This document shows positions 36,255 to 45,913 of a stretch of DNA of 64,000 nt, piece by piece; position 1 is the stretch's first letter; each line of letters opens with the position of its first letter. The DNA comes from an uncultured Pseudomonadales bacterium. Lineage in GTDB: Bacteria > Patescibacteriota > Microgenomatia > UBA1400 > MFAQ01. Location: NCBI GenBank assembly GCA_964357975.1, contig CAYHNG010000003.1, positions 393 through 64,392 of the forward strand, read 5' to 3'. Below the pieces are notes generated by a model. The model did no database searches. It had not been told where the DNA came from and worked only from the letters and a program-made list of their open reading frames with translations. A program made the translations under genes and the position numbers.

Positions 36255-36944
36255 CTATTTCTCGATTTTCTTGAACCAATCTTCAAGAATTTTCTTGATT
36301 AGATCTTTGGACCCAAGCCCTAGTCCAATGCCCAGCGCGAGAGCAATGGCCATGATAAAGCCCACAAAAACCGTATTGATGAAAAAAGTAGCAATGCCCA
36401 ACTGAGAAAGGGCGGCCAGTATAAAAAACGTCATGACGGCATAGCTAACCACTTTCCCCACGAGACGGGACATAGAGGGATCAGACGATCCCAGAGAACC
36501 CTTGACGACTTTTTCCAAGAACCCGGCAACAACGACTCCAATGACAAGAGTAATGACGGCGGCGATAAGAGTGGGTATTCCGGAAATAATGCCATTAAGG
36601 AAGAGACTAATGGAAGTAATGCCGAGAATATTGATACCGGCAACAAAGAAGAGGGTGATAACTAACCATTTAACAATTTCTCCAACAATATCTTCGATTT
36701 TTTGTGAAACTTGGGCGTTTTTTAGAAAATCGGTAATAACCGGATTCTTAAAGAGTAAACCGATCTTGGTGATGTTGACTATCTTGGTAACCAAAGTTTT
36801 GAGCCAGTCGGCAATGAGCCAACCAATCAGGAAAATTACAAGGGCCCCCAAAATATTAGGCAAAAAACTTATGACCCCGACCAAAACCTGATTAGCGGCG
36901 AAGGATATAGAGTTTTGAAAAGGGAGAAGTACGTTTGTTTGCAT
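36255..36944 (-). CDS. membrane protein with conserved TM-helix repeats (MscS N-terminal-like)
   Basis: 229 aa, 5-6 TM helices. Repeat copy 2 lies in its upstream region. Confidence 0.4.
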   Translation of the reverse strand: MQTNVLLPFQNSISFAANQVLVGVISFLPNILGALVIFLIGWLIADWLKTLVTKIVNITKIGLLFKNPVITDFLKNAQVSQKIEDIVGEIVKWLVITLFFVAGINILGITSISLFLNGIISGIPTLIAAVITLVIGVVVAGFLEKVVKGSLGSSDPSMSRLVGKVVSYAVMTFFILAALSQLGIATFFINTVFVGFIMAIALALGIGLGLGSKDLIKKILEDWFKKIEK

Positions 36945-36970
36945 ATACCCTTATCATATCAAACATATGT

Positions 36971-37076
36971 TATAAGAGCTTGCTCGCCATCTTTTCAATA
37001 ACAGTGTTATTGAAATATCTGTCTGCGCTTCCTCTTATATCTGGCGCCGATAACTATATTATCGGCTGGATATAAG
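36971..37076 (+). repeat. copy 2 of the dispersed intergenic repeat family (TATAAGAGCTTGCTCGCC; TCAATAACAGTGTTATTGA; CTGCGCTTCCTCTT; CCGATAACTATATTATCGG; CTGGATATAAG)
   Basis: Shared boxes A and B plus two palindromes. The minus-strand reading gives TTGAAA-17-TTATAA about 25 nt upstream of the 36944 start. Confidence 0.6.
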
Positions 37077-37128
37077 TCAAATATTCATAAAAAATAGTCC
37101 CCACCAGTGGCGAGGACTATGACTGGCT

Positions 37129-37650
37129 TTACACCAGCTTGTGTTTGCGGAGGACATCTAACAGGAGATTCAGACCCTCCTGGGTATCCACATGGTAGCA
37201 GGTTACGTAACGGTTACCGAGTTGAGGAAAGTCGGCTGGTACGGCGAAGAGATATTTCTTATCCACTTCCTCCCGAACAAGATAGCCCTTACTAATAAAA
37301 TCATCGAAGCCTGCCTTTTGAGCAATATCGATGACCTGTCGACCGTCTTCGGCAAACCAACCGGAAACATAACTATCTGGGGAGACAGGACCACAATCGC
37401 CGCCAGCACGGACATATCGGCTGCCAATCACGGTTTGAAAGATTTCCATGGCGATATCAAATGGCACCATGCCGGAGACGATGTAGTATGTCCAGGCACG
37501 ATAGAAGGTAAAATTGCCCAACTTACCCCAGATTGGGCTAGGTACCTCACCTCTCTTGTGTTTCGGGAGTAAAACGATCGGCACTCCGCATAATGAAAGC
37601 TCGGACTCGATATGGGTTTCAGCGTTGGGATCACCGGCGAGATTTTTCAA
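37129..37650 (-). CDS. hypothetical protein
   Basis: 173 aa. No recognised motif. Confidence 0.45.
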   Translation of the reverse strand: MKNLAGDPNAETHIESELSLCGVPIVLLPKHKRGEVPSPIWGKLGNFTFYRAWTYYIVSGMVPFDIAMEIFQTVIGSRYVRAGGDCGPVSPDSYVSGWFAEDGRQVIDIAQKAGFDDFISKGYLVREEVDKKYLFAVPADFPQLGNRYVTCYHVDTQEGLNLLLDVLRKHKLV

Positions 37651-37755
37651 CTTAGCCTCCTTTCAAATTTATTAGGGTTCTTTCTAGAAGCGAATTATAT
37701 CCAGAGACAGTCTAGAAGTCAATACTATGGGGCTTTTTGGAGGAATTTGTGGTAG

Positions 37756-38059
37756 AATTGGCTATCCCTAGTACGAGAGGAATGCCCTGCCGCAAGGCGG
37801 GGAGGAAAGTCCGGACAGCTAAAAGGAAGGGTGGCCATCGAAAGGTGGTCTCCCGCCAAGTAATTGGCGGGACGCGATAGGGCCACAGAGACGATTAAAG
37901 GTGAAACGTTCCACCGTTAGGTGGAGATCCTTTAAGAGTAATCTTAGAGGAGTGGTAACCCGCCCCGCTGCAATCGACGAATTGGGATTAAGGTACCTTT
38001 TCTATCCCTAAAGTCTCGAGCATAGATAGATATTCCTCCACGACAGAATCCGGCTTATT
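37756..38059 (+). ncRNA. rnpB: RNase P RNA (bacterial type)
   Basis: P4 5' strand GGGGAGGAAAGTCCGGAC (about 37788-37805) and P4 3' strand CGACAGAATCCGGCTTAT (38031-38048). P1 CCCTAGTAC (37756-37764) pairs with GTACTAGGG (38050-38058). ACAGAGA and AGGTGAAAC motifs. The ends are approximate. Confidence 0.8.
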
Positions 38060-38072
38060 GTACTAGGGAGCC

Positions 38073-38105
38073 CGCAAGGGCTCGTTGGGTGGAACGTTTT
38101 CAAAC
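38073..38105 (+). repeat. direct repeat DR1 (CGTTGGGTGGAACGTTTTCAAACTTTTTCAGAC) immediately 3' of rnpB
   Basis: 29/33 identical to 39328-39360. The last 20 nt are identical. Confidence 0.6.
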
Positions 38106-38131
38106 TTTTTCAGACGAAAATATCTCAACCG

Positions 38132-39262
38132 TTAATTATTCCTGTTGAATTTAGCCGTAGATGGAACCGCACCTCCGCATTTTGAACAATTCCCAAAAGA
38201 TACATTTTCAACTCCACAAAAAGGACATGTATATCCCTCTTTCAACTTTTCTTGAACTTGTTCATCTGTTGGTTTTTGCGGTTCATCATCTCTCAACTGG
38301 CTCTTCCTCAAGGAAATGCTGCCGCTTGAAGCGTTTATTTCGAGCTCTGCGCCACTCTGAGCATTGTCTCCGATATGGCCTCTGATGTTGGCACCGCTAC
38401 GACCGCTTGTGTCTTTATCCACGACAAATTCTGAAGGGGCTCTGAAGCTTCCAGAATTGGTCGTCGCTCTAACTCTAATGTTCTCGTTTCCAATTCCAAG
38501 CGAAATTGATCCGGAAGAGGTCCTTACGACTCCTCTGCTTTTCAGTTTCATGCTCTCAACGGCCACAGACCCACTTGATGTCTTTATATCTAACTCTCCC
38601 GCAACCCACCCAACCCTCAAAGAGCCGCTCGAAGTGTTTAAATCAGCCTCACCAATAATAGAATCTACTGAAGCCTCTCCAGAAGAAGTCGTCAAACTTA
38701 ACTCACCTTTAACCGACGACATCTCCACACTTCCGGATGAACTACGCACTTTTCCCCTACCTTCAACACTGGCAACGTCAATGTCGCCACTCGAAGATGC
38801 CAAATTAAAGTTACTTGCTTGCTCTGGACGAATCCTAAGCACCACCTTTTTCTTTATGGATACTCCACTCTCATTTGATCCACCAGACACGACCCTCCCG
38901 TTGATCATCACGACACTTCTAGCTGAGCCAGTAATCACAATATTACCGTCAGAATAACCGCTATTTCCATCGTCCTTCTCATTAAGATTAAAGGATTTTT
39001 CATCAGTTTCAATATCAAATACGTCATCGACGCTACCACACTCTGCGCGGGCCTTATCTTCGCTTCTTGCTCCCCTAACCACGACTGTCACCTTGTACGA
39101 AGGTTCTTCGTCACCGATACAGTTCTCAACCACTATCTTCCCAGACATAGTAGTGATGTCTATTTCTGTCAACCCCTTTGGAAGCTTTTCTTTTCTAACC
39201 AGAGTTAATTCTCTTGATTGTTCATTCCACTCCTGTCCGGTTAAATTTGTTTCTTCGTTCAT
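38132..39262 (-). CDS. DUF4097 (putative adhesin / LiaG-like beta-repeat) protein with a C-terminal Cys4 zinc ribbon
   Basis: 376 aa. Repeated TSSGS(I/V)xV beta-strand motifs. C-terminal CPFCG...CSKCG. Confidence 0.6.
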   Translation of the reverse strand: MNEETNLTGQEWNEQSRELTLVRKEKLPKGLTEIDITTMSGKIVVENCIGDEEPSYKVTVVVRGARSEDKARAECGSVDDVFDIETDEKSFNLNEKDDGNSGYSDGNIVITGSARSVVMINGRVVSGGSNESGVSIKKKVVLRIRPEQASNFNLASSSGDIDVASVEGRGKVRSSSGSVEMSSVKGELSLTTSSGEASVDSIIGEADLNTSSGSLRVGWVAGELDIKTSSGSVAVESMKLKSRGVVRTSSGSISLGIGNENIRVRATTNSGSFRAPSEFVVDKDTSGRSGANIRGHIGDNAQSGAELEINASSGSISLRKSQLRDDEPQKPTDEQVQEKLKEGYTCPFCGVENVSFGNCSKCGGAVPSTAKFNRNN

Positions 39263-39327
39263 AACTATTATTATTAGCTTAAGCGATTACAAATAACAAG
39301 TATCATAATATTTATAGGCCAGTCGCT

Positions 39328-39360
39328 TGTTGGGAGGGATGTTTTCAAACTTTTTCAGAC
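39328..39360 (+). repeat. direct repeat DR2 (TGTTGGGAGGGATGTTTTCAAACTTTTTCAGAC)
   Basis: Partner of DR1. The two copies flank the DUF4097 gene. Confidence 0.6.
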
Positions 39361-39475
39361 CTAAAAGACTCGATTTTGCCAATAAAAACCGCCTTAGGCA
39401 TCTTACATTTTGCCTTTGGCGGTTGTTTGCACTTCAATTTTATTTACGAAATCTTATATGGTGGGGCCATATTTG

Positions 39476-40654
39476 TTACTTGGTTGTTGCTGGCAAAGCC
39501 TTCAAGGTAAGCGCATTAAGCATCTCTTTTGGGTTGAAACCCTCCAGGTGCTTATCTGCTGCCAGGATCCAGAGCCCAGCAAAGTCGGGGTGCTGGCGAA
39601 GGTAGTGATACTCCCACAAAAGCATCACTTCTGGGCGTGCCATTCCATAACCCCCTCCGTGACCTTCAAGGTACGGGCCATTATGAATTTTTTCATCAAA
39701 ATTGACCGACACGCAACCATCTTGGTGCCGATAGCCATTGATTACTTTCCCCGTCGCCCACACATCTTGGTAGATGCGGTCTTTCCAGTTGCCGACGAAA
39801 CAGACGACCTGGTCATTCAGATTAAACCAGTCGTAAGGTCGCGCGCTCGGCAGAGCGGGTTTTTCTTCGGCTTGCTTTTCAAGACTGAGAAGTAGTTTGA
39901 TATCGCTATCCACTTTCTTCTTTTTCTCGATCAGCTTCTGCTTCTCGGCAATCAGAACACCGCGCATGAACTCAATTTGAGGCATGTCGGCATTAGTCAA
40001 AAAGCATGGTGTGTTGAAACGCCGCTGGGTTTTTGTAGACCATTCAGGGCGCTTTTCGACCAGCAGAGTCAAGCCAGGATATGCTGCTTCCATTCTGTGA
40101 ATGGCCTGCACAGCTGCCTCTTTTTCTCCATCGGTGGCACCAAGCCTGGTCAAGGGTTCCACAGACTGGTATCTTTCGATTGCTTTCTGTGGAATTTCCA
40201 GATCATTGTCCGGCAGTCCCGCGTGAGTCAGAATGTTACAGCTTGTGGTGATGTGATACTGATATCGACAAGTGCCCCCACCGGTAAATTTGCACCAACC
40301 ACAAACGTTGAATGTGGTTGCTTCCGACTTACGACTGGCCGACGCCGGGTCGAGAGGTTCGAAGTCCCCACTCCAACTATCTGAACGCTTGCCGATTTGG
40401 GCTTGCGAGAAAACGGGGTTTTCATAACCTTCGGCGAGTTTGGCGAAGTCTTTGCCGGTCTTACCCTTGAGTAAGTCAATCAGCTCTTGGGTATACTTAA
40501 TTTGGCCTGCAAGGCTTTCAGCTTCACCACGCCAGTAGCGTACAAGTTGTCGAACTGTGACCTTCCCCAAAAAGACCAGATCTCCAACGGTTTTGACCCA
40601 CTTGATGTTCCAGTATTCAGGGATAAGGTGTTTTGCAGATTGAGTTACGTTCAT
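39476..40654 (-). CDS. hypothetical protein, a GC-rich compositional outlier
   Basis: 392 aa. No recognised domain. Visibly higher G+C than the surrounding genes. A hairpin terminator lies downstream at about 39375-39415. Confidence 0.5.
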   Translation of the reverse strand: MNVTQSAKHLIPEYWNIKWVKTVGDLVFLGKVTVRQLVRYWRGEAESLAGQIKYTQELIDLLKGKTGKDFAKLAEGYENPVFSQAQIGKRSDSWSGDFEPLDPASASRKSEATTFNVCGWCKFTGGGTCRYQYHITTSCNILTHAGLPDNDLEIPQKAIERYQSVEPLTRLGATDGEKEAAVQAIHRMEAAYPGLTLLVEKRPEWSTKTQRRFNTPCFLTNADMPQIEFMRGVLIAEKQKLIEKKKKVDSDIKLLLSLEKQAEEKPALPSARPYDWFNLNDQVVCFVGNWKDRIYQDVWATGKVINGYRHQDGCVSVNFDEKIHNGPYLEGHGGGYGMARPEVMLLWEYHYLRQHPDFAGLWILAADKHLEGFNPKEMLNALTLKALPATTK

Positions 40655-41016
40655 TTCAGGTCTCCTTTTATTGTCCTATGAAAGCCCCTATGTCAGAGGC
40701 TTCCATGTTGACCTATGGCTGAGTATCTCGGGTGGCCCCACCACTACAAGATTACGGCTGCAAGCAGCTTTCTACTCTCAAGATTTGAGGGTAAAAAGCT
40801 ACTTACAGCGCGCAAAAACAAAGCTACTGATATATTTCGTGTATTTGAATGTGCAAGTCTTCAGGCTAAATATACAAAATTAGGATGCGTTTGAACCTGC
40901 ATCTGTAGTTTAGTATGGATATTTTATCACGAAAGAGGTGAGGGTCCATTGTTATGGGTTGCTCGCCGACTTGGTTGACTTTTGAACTTCTGTTTGAAAA
41001 AAGTGTGCCGATATAA

Positions 41017-41042
41017 AAACGCCACCCGTTAGGGTGGCGTTT
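41017..41042 (-). terminator. Rho-independent terminator (AAACGCCACCC-GTTA-GGGTGGCGTTT), bidirectional in shape
   Basis: Just downstream of the minus-strand gene ending at 41056. Confidence 0.6.
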
Positions 41043-41055
41043 AAGGGGGTTACCC

Positions 41056-41466
41056 TTATTTCCGATCAAGAACCGGCACGAACTGTAAAACAGTCCCGAT
41101 CTTACCGGTGGGATTCTCGGACCGTGCACAGGCAACGAGGCTAGTCAAGTATCCTTCGGCAAATGGTTCGTCGATAGCTATCTGGACATCGATGCCACAG
41201 GCAAGCAGGTCGACGACAAAACCGGCAGAGGTAGGCCAGTTCAAATGACTTGAGCCGAAGGCGGAGTACAACTTACCGTGAAACTCCTCACCACCCATTT
41301 GAGGTGTTTCTTCACCAGGAATTGGGTTTTTTTCATGACTGCGCCATACCCACAGATAGTCGGACCCCCAGTCGTACCGAACAAGATTGGTGGCAATCAG
41401 GACTTCGAGAAATGCCTTTTCGGCCTGACTCTGGAAATACGGGAGTAAGTCCTTAGTTTCGAACAT
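41056..41466 (-). CDS. hypothetical protein (GC-richer)
   Basis: 136 aa. No recognised motif. Confidence 0.45.
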   Translation of the reverse strand: MFETKDLLPYFQSQAEKAFLEVLIATNLVRYDWGSDYLWVWRSHEKNPIPGEETPQMGGEEFHGKLYSAFGSSHLNWPTSAGFVVDLLACGIDVQIAIDEPFAEGYLTSLVACARSENPTGKIGTVLQFVPVLDRK

Positions 41467-41587
41467 GTAGCCTCCTTGTGAATTATCAAGTTACAGAAAA
41501 AAGCTGGAAAATAGACTTCTAAACTGTGGCTAGTATATCATAAATACCCTCAAAAGTCAATATTATGGGATTCTCTGCCCAGTGGGA

Positions 41588-42583
41588 CTAGTCGATCTCG
41601 GGGATGGTGGTGTCTTTGTTGAGCTGAATATGGCTCAAAATAACCCGTGCAGAGAGAACTGTGGGTAGAGCCAGGATGGCCAGAAGTGGTCCGCCTAGCT
41701 GGAAGCCAATCATGATGGCAACTATCGTAATAATGGGATTGAGTCCGGCAACGTGTTGCATGATTTTGGGAACGATAAGATTGTTTTCTAACTGCTGAAC
41801 GATGAGAGAAACAATTAGGGCGGCAATGCCATGCCCTGTGGAGATGGAAAAACCGACGAGGACGGCAGGAATGGTGGCGATAGTTGGTCCAATATTGGGA
41901 ATTAGTTCCAGCATGCCGGCAATGAAGGCCAGAGAGATAGCAAAAGGCAGGCCAATGATGAGATAACCAATGTAACTCAGAAGTCCCACCAACAACATGA
42001 GAAGTAACTCCCCCCTCACCCAATAACCAATCTGAACTTCTAGCTTTTCGGCGATTACAAAATAGCGGTGACCTTTGTCACCAAACCAGAATTTGAGGTG
42101 TGACTCCAAGTTGTGAAGATCTTGGATCATGTAAAAGCTAATAACGATAACCGTAAAGGCAGTGATGAAGGCAGAAAAGGTATCTAGAGCAAAAGTAAGC
42201 ACCTTACCGGGAACATTGGCAAACTGGGCAGAGAGCGAACCGTCGGCTAGCTTGATTGGGCTAACAGAGTCAATGATCGCCGGCAGTTTTTGAAGAAACA
42301 GTTGAGTTTGATCCAAAAGGGGGGCCGCGAGTGAAACTACTGCAAATATGATGGTGCCAAAAGTAGCTAGTAATATCACCATCGAAGAAAGAGCCCTGTT
42401 TACCCTAAACTTTTCCAGGTAGTCTACCATAGGACAAACAGCCAAAGTAATCAGAATGGCAATAAACAATAAAGCAATAACGCTGGCAAGCCTCAAAAGA
42501 ATATACGCGGCGGCGAGAGAAAACAGGACCCAAAAGATACTGCCGATGGAAAATTCAAAGATAATGTGTTTCTTTTTGATCAT
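41588..42583 (-). CDS. AI-2E family transporter (UPF0118/PerM-like)
   Basis: 331 aa, 7-8 TM helices with family-typical topology. Confidence 0.65.
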   Translation of the reverse strand: MIKKKHIIFEFSIGSIFWVLFSLAAAYILLRLASVIALLFIAILITLAVCPMVDYLEKFRVNRALSSMVILLATFGTIIFAVVSLAAPLLDQTQLFLQKLPAIIDSVSPIKLADGSLSAQFANVPGKVLTFALDTFSAFITAFTVIVISFYMIQDLHNLESHLKFWFGDKGHRYFVIAEKLEVQIGYWVRGELLLMLLVGLLSYIGYLIIGLPFAISLAFIAGMLELIPNIGPTIATIPAVLVGFSISTGHGIAALIVSLIVQQLENNLIVPKIMQHVAGLNPIITIVAIMIGFQLGGPLLAILALPTVLSARVILSHIQLNKDTTIPEID

Positions 42584-42584
42584 T

Positions 42585-43529
42585 TTATTTATAAATTTCC
42601 GCTAGTTTATCAGCAACCGATGCATCTACCGTACTTTTATCATACCAAAATATGTCCGGTTGTTTCTGAAACCAAACCATCTGTCTACGAGCGTAATCTA
42701 TTTCCGAGTTGGTCCACGAATCGATTAACTTCTCTCTTGTAATATCTTTCTTTAAATATTGAACGATTTCTTTTACACCGAGACTGGTAAAAATCGGGAG
42801 GTGGTGATCGGGATATTTTTCCATCAATTTTTCAACCTCTTCAATGGCGTCGGTGATCAGACGATTCAGGACGCGCTGGCGGATTTTCTCTTTCAAAGCC
42901 TCTTTTTCTTGACGTAGACCGATCCAGTGGAAATAAGGTCGTACTGTTTTTATGGATTGCCGCGCTTCGCTCGCAATGACGGGGGTGGTGAGAGACGAGG
43001 CGATTTCGATGGCGCGGATGAGCCGTCGGGGATTATGGAGATCAGAATTGTTCAGGGATTCAAATTTTTGGGGATTAATTGCCAACAAACGGGATTGGAG
43101 TGATGGTAGATCAAGTTTTTCCAGATCATGACGGAGTGGTTGGTTGGGTGGAACGTGAACGTTGAGAAGATCAGAAGTAATTGCTTTCAAATACAAACCG
43201 GTGCCCCCAACAATGATTAAGGGAACTTGCTCTTTAATGGAGCTTTGAATAATGTTCTGAGCATAACTGACGAAGTCCGCGAGATTATAGACTTGGTGTG
43301 GCTCGACCAAATCCAAACCAAAAAAATTGATGTTTGGAGAGAGATCTTGAGGAATGTCCTTGCCGGTAACGATATCCAAAGATTGGTAGACCTGCCGAGA
43401 GTCGGCGGAAAGGATGTTGACAGAGAGGTGTTGTAATAGAAGTTTGTCGGCAATCGAAAGAGCCAGGTTGGTTTTGCCGGAGGCGGTGGGACCGCAAATA
43501 ATTAGAATCTTGGGAGTTGGGTTAGGCAC
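42585..43529 (-). CDS. miaA: tRNA dimethylallyltransferase
   Basis: 314 aa. P-loop GPTASGKT, and DSRQVYQSLDIVTGK. Confidence 0.85.
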   Translation of the reverse strand: MPNPTPKILIICGPTASGKTNLALSIADKLLLQHLSVNILSADSRQVYQSLDIVTGKDIPQDLSPNINFFGLDLVEPHQVYNLADFVSYAQNIIQSSIKEQVPLIIVGGTGLYLKAITSDLLNVHVPPNQPLRHDLEKLDLPSLQSRLLAINPQKFESLNNSDLHNPRRLIRAIEIASSLTTPVIASEARQSIKTVRPYFHWIGLRQEKEALKEKIRQRVLNRLITDAIEEVEKLMEKYPDHHLPIFTSLGVKEIVQYLKKDITREKLIDSWTNSEIDYARRQMVWFQKQPDIFWYDKSTVDASVADKLAEIYK

Positions 43530-43587
43530 AGATTATTTTAACACCGGATGGTTGACATCGCTCTCCGGGAGAATATAATCACGAGCA

Positions 43588-44043
43588 ATGGGAACAAAAG
43601 AAAGAGAATCACGAAAACCAGAGGCAAGCAGGGAGTGTTTCACCCATATCGGTAATTGGAAAACACCCTACGGATTAATTTATGGTGAATTCGAAGATAA
43701 GGAACAACCGGGAGTGGAGTTCTTTGGCCAATTCAAAGACATGGTGCGTGAAATAGATTCCTTAAAGAAAGTTAAACCGAGAAGTCAGTGGGAAAGTGCG
43801 GTGGAATATAAAGGAATGGTTTTGCATATTACACACAGGATCAATGAGTTCGGCTCTGATATGCAGGATGATTATGAGGTTGTGGAAGGGGATGTTATCC
43901 TTGATAGTCTCAAAGATTTGGTGCGTAGAGGAAGGTTGAAACCATTTTGGATAGAAATACAAAACAATTGGATGAACATACTGTATTCGAGGGGTAAGAA
44001 ACGTTATATGACTCAAATAGTCGCTTTGGAGGAGCCGGCTTAG
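43588..44043 (+). CDS. hypothetical protein
   Basis: 151 aa. No recognised motif. Confidence 0.4.
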   Translation: MGTKERESRKPEASRECFTHIGNWKTPYGLIYGEFEDKEQPGVEFFGQFKDMVREIDSLKKVKPRSQWESAVEYKGMVLHITHRINEFGSDMQDDYEVVEGDVILDSLKDLVRRGRLKPFWIEIQNNWMNILYSRGKKRYMTQIVALEEPA

Positions 44044-45185
44044 GGAACGATGGGGCGGGATCTGAGGTTATCTTTGTTGGCAATTTGATCTAAAATCTCC
44101 CAGCGTTCTTTCTTGATCTTGGCCGGAATATCATCGGGAAATAATTTGGCAGAAACAGTTCCAGGTCTAGGCGAGTAGCGGGCAACGAAAGCCACCTTGA
44201 AACCCACTTCTTTGACCAAGTTCAGAGTGTCTTGAAAGTCTTCATCTGTTTCTCCCGGAAAACCGACGATTATGTCCGTACCAAAAACTGCCTCAGGTAT
44301 TTTGGTTTTGATTTGATTAATTAAAGTAAGATAAGATTCCCGAGTGTATCCCCTGTTCATAAGTTTTAGGATCCGATTACTGCCGGACTGAACCGGCAAA
44401 TGAATAAAGCGATCTATCTTTGGGTTGATGGCTATCTCATCTATCAGTTCATCCCAGAAGTCCCAAGGATTGCTGGTAAAGAAACTGATTTTATTGATGC
44501 CATCAACCTTACTGATGGCTCTAAGTAGAGTCACAAAGGGTGGGGTGTCTTCGGGTTTGAAATATTGGGACTGATTTGAGGGAATAATATCTGTGGAGAA
44601 TTTATCTTTATCCATAAACATTTTTCTGAGGGCCACACCGACTTTTTCCAAACCCCATGAATTAACATTTTGGCCTAAAAGAGTGATCTCACGGTAACTA
44701 TCCAAAGCAAGCCCCTCGACCTCTTGGACAATTTCTTCCAAAGGTCTGGATCTTTCTCTGCCCCTCGAAAATGGCACAATACAAAAAGTGCAAAAGGAAT
44801 TACAGCCTGAAGAAATAGGAATAAAGGCTTTATCCTTTTCTTTCCTAATAGCCTTTTGATTGAAGCCGACTTCACCGATGGGCAAGATCTCATCTATCTG
44901 AGGCAGTAGAACGCGGATTTCCTTTTCGTTGAAGTGCAACATACAACCGGTCAGGATAATCTTGGGCTTCTGTTTCCCAGCAAAGAATTTGTCGACATTG
45001 AGAAGGAATCCTGTAACACGATCTTCGGCAGATTGACGGACAGAACAAGTGTTGATGACGATTTCGTCGGCAAGCTTCCAGTTACCGACTTCGGAGTATC
45101 CACGAGATAGGTAGTCGCCAAGTATGCGCTCTGAGTCTGACTTGTTGGCTTGACAACCGAAAGTGTTGATGAAAACGGACGGCAT
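44040..45185 (-). CDS. MiaB-family radical SAM methylthiotransferase
   Basis: 381 aa. N-terminal MTTase domain (FINTFGCQANKSDSE), radical SAM CNSFCTFC, then a short C-terminus. Lies adjacent to miaA. Confidence 0.75.
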   Translation of the reverse strand: MPSVFINTFGCQANKSDSERILGDYLSRGYSEVGNWKLADEIVINTCSVRQSAEDRVTGFLLNVDKFFAGKQKPKIILTGCMLHFNEKEIRVLLPQIDEILPIGEVGFNQKAIRKEKDKAFIPISSGCNSFCTFCIVPFSRGRERSRPLEEIVQEVEGLALDSYREITLLGQNVNSWGLEKVGVALRKMFMDKDKFSTDIIPSNQSQYFKPEDTPPFVTLLRAISKVDGINKISFFTSNPWDFWDELIDEIAINPKIDRFIHLPVQSGSNRILKLMNRGYTRESYLTLINQIKTKIPEAVFGTDIIVGFPGETDEDFQDTLNLVKEVGFKVAFVARYSPRPGTVSAKLFPDDIPAKIKKERWEILDQIANKDNLRSRPIVP

Positions 45186-45460
45186 TAGGCGACTTTTTTC
45201 TTCAAAGGCTTACCAACATGAAAGTTGATAACTTTGTGGCCTTTGACCACTTGTCTCTTGGATTCATTACCAAAAGGAACAACTTGTTTGTCTTCGACTT
45301 TTCCAATATAGAAGGTACCAAAGCCAGAAATAACCACCTTTTCACCCTTGCCGAGTGCGACGATAGATTCGGCAAAAAAGGTGTCTACGGTTTCTTTGAC
45401 GGCTTTTTTGGTTAGATGAACTTTCTTACTAACAATATTGATGAGAGTTTGTTTGGTCAT
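45185..45460 (-). CDS. hup: HU family DNA-binding protein
   Basis: 91 aa. GFGTFYIGK...K.GHKV..F.GK pattern of HU/IHF. Confidence 0.85.
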   Translation of the reverse strand: MTKQTLINIVSKKVHLTKKAVKETVDTFFAESIVALGKGEKVVISGFGTFYIGKVEDKQVVPFGNESKRQVVKGHKVINFHVGKPLKKKVA

Positions 45461-45559
45461 ATCTCTAATAAATTGGGCAGTATCAATGATAATTGTGGAT
45501 TGATGATAGCACTAATGAGTCAATATTTGCAAGCCTTAGTATTAGACCTCAGTCTTTTG

Positions 45560-45904
45560 TCATTCTGACCAGACAGCCAGCTCGTTTCCACTTGGATCGG
45601 TAAAGTGAAAGCGCTTGCCTCCAGGAAAAGCAAAAATATCTTTGACAATTTTTCCCCCATGATCAATTATTTGTTTTCTGATTAAACCAAGATCTTGGTG
45701 ATAAAGAACTAATAGTGTTCCGCTTCCTGTTAGGGAGTTTACTTTCGCAAAACCACCATCGACACCACTATTGGAGAATGATGCGTAATCTGGACCATAA
45801 TCCGTAAAAACCCAATTAAAAGCTGCTGAATAAAACTTTTTTGTTTCCCCAATATTGGTCGATTGTAATTCTATGTAGGAGAAATGGTTGTTTTTCATCA
45901 GCAT
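45560..45904 (-). CDS. VOC/glyoxalase-bleomycin-resistance family protein
   Basis: 114 aa. Single VOC beta-alpha-beta-beta-beta module. Confidence 0.6.
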   Translation of the reverse strand: MLMKNNHFSYIELQSTNIGETKKFYSAAFNWVFTDYGPDYASFSNSGVDGGFAKVNSLTGSGTLLVLYHQDLGLIRKQIIDHGGKIVKDIFAFPGGKRFHFTDPSGNELAVWSE

Positions 45905-45913
45905 ATTTAATGA

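Noticed and set aside
38364-38957. Antisense ORFs inside long genes (for example 38364-38957, 36502-36891, 39410-39895, 39977-40384, 25296-25643, 28074-28619, 59551-60054)
   Set aside because: They are fully embedded antisense to strongly supported genes. Their proline/serine-rich low-complexity translations are typical of mirror frames in GC-richer DNA.
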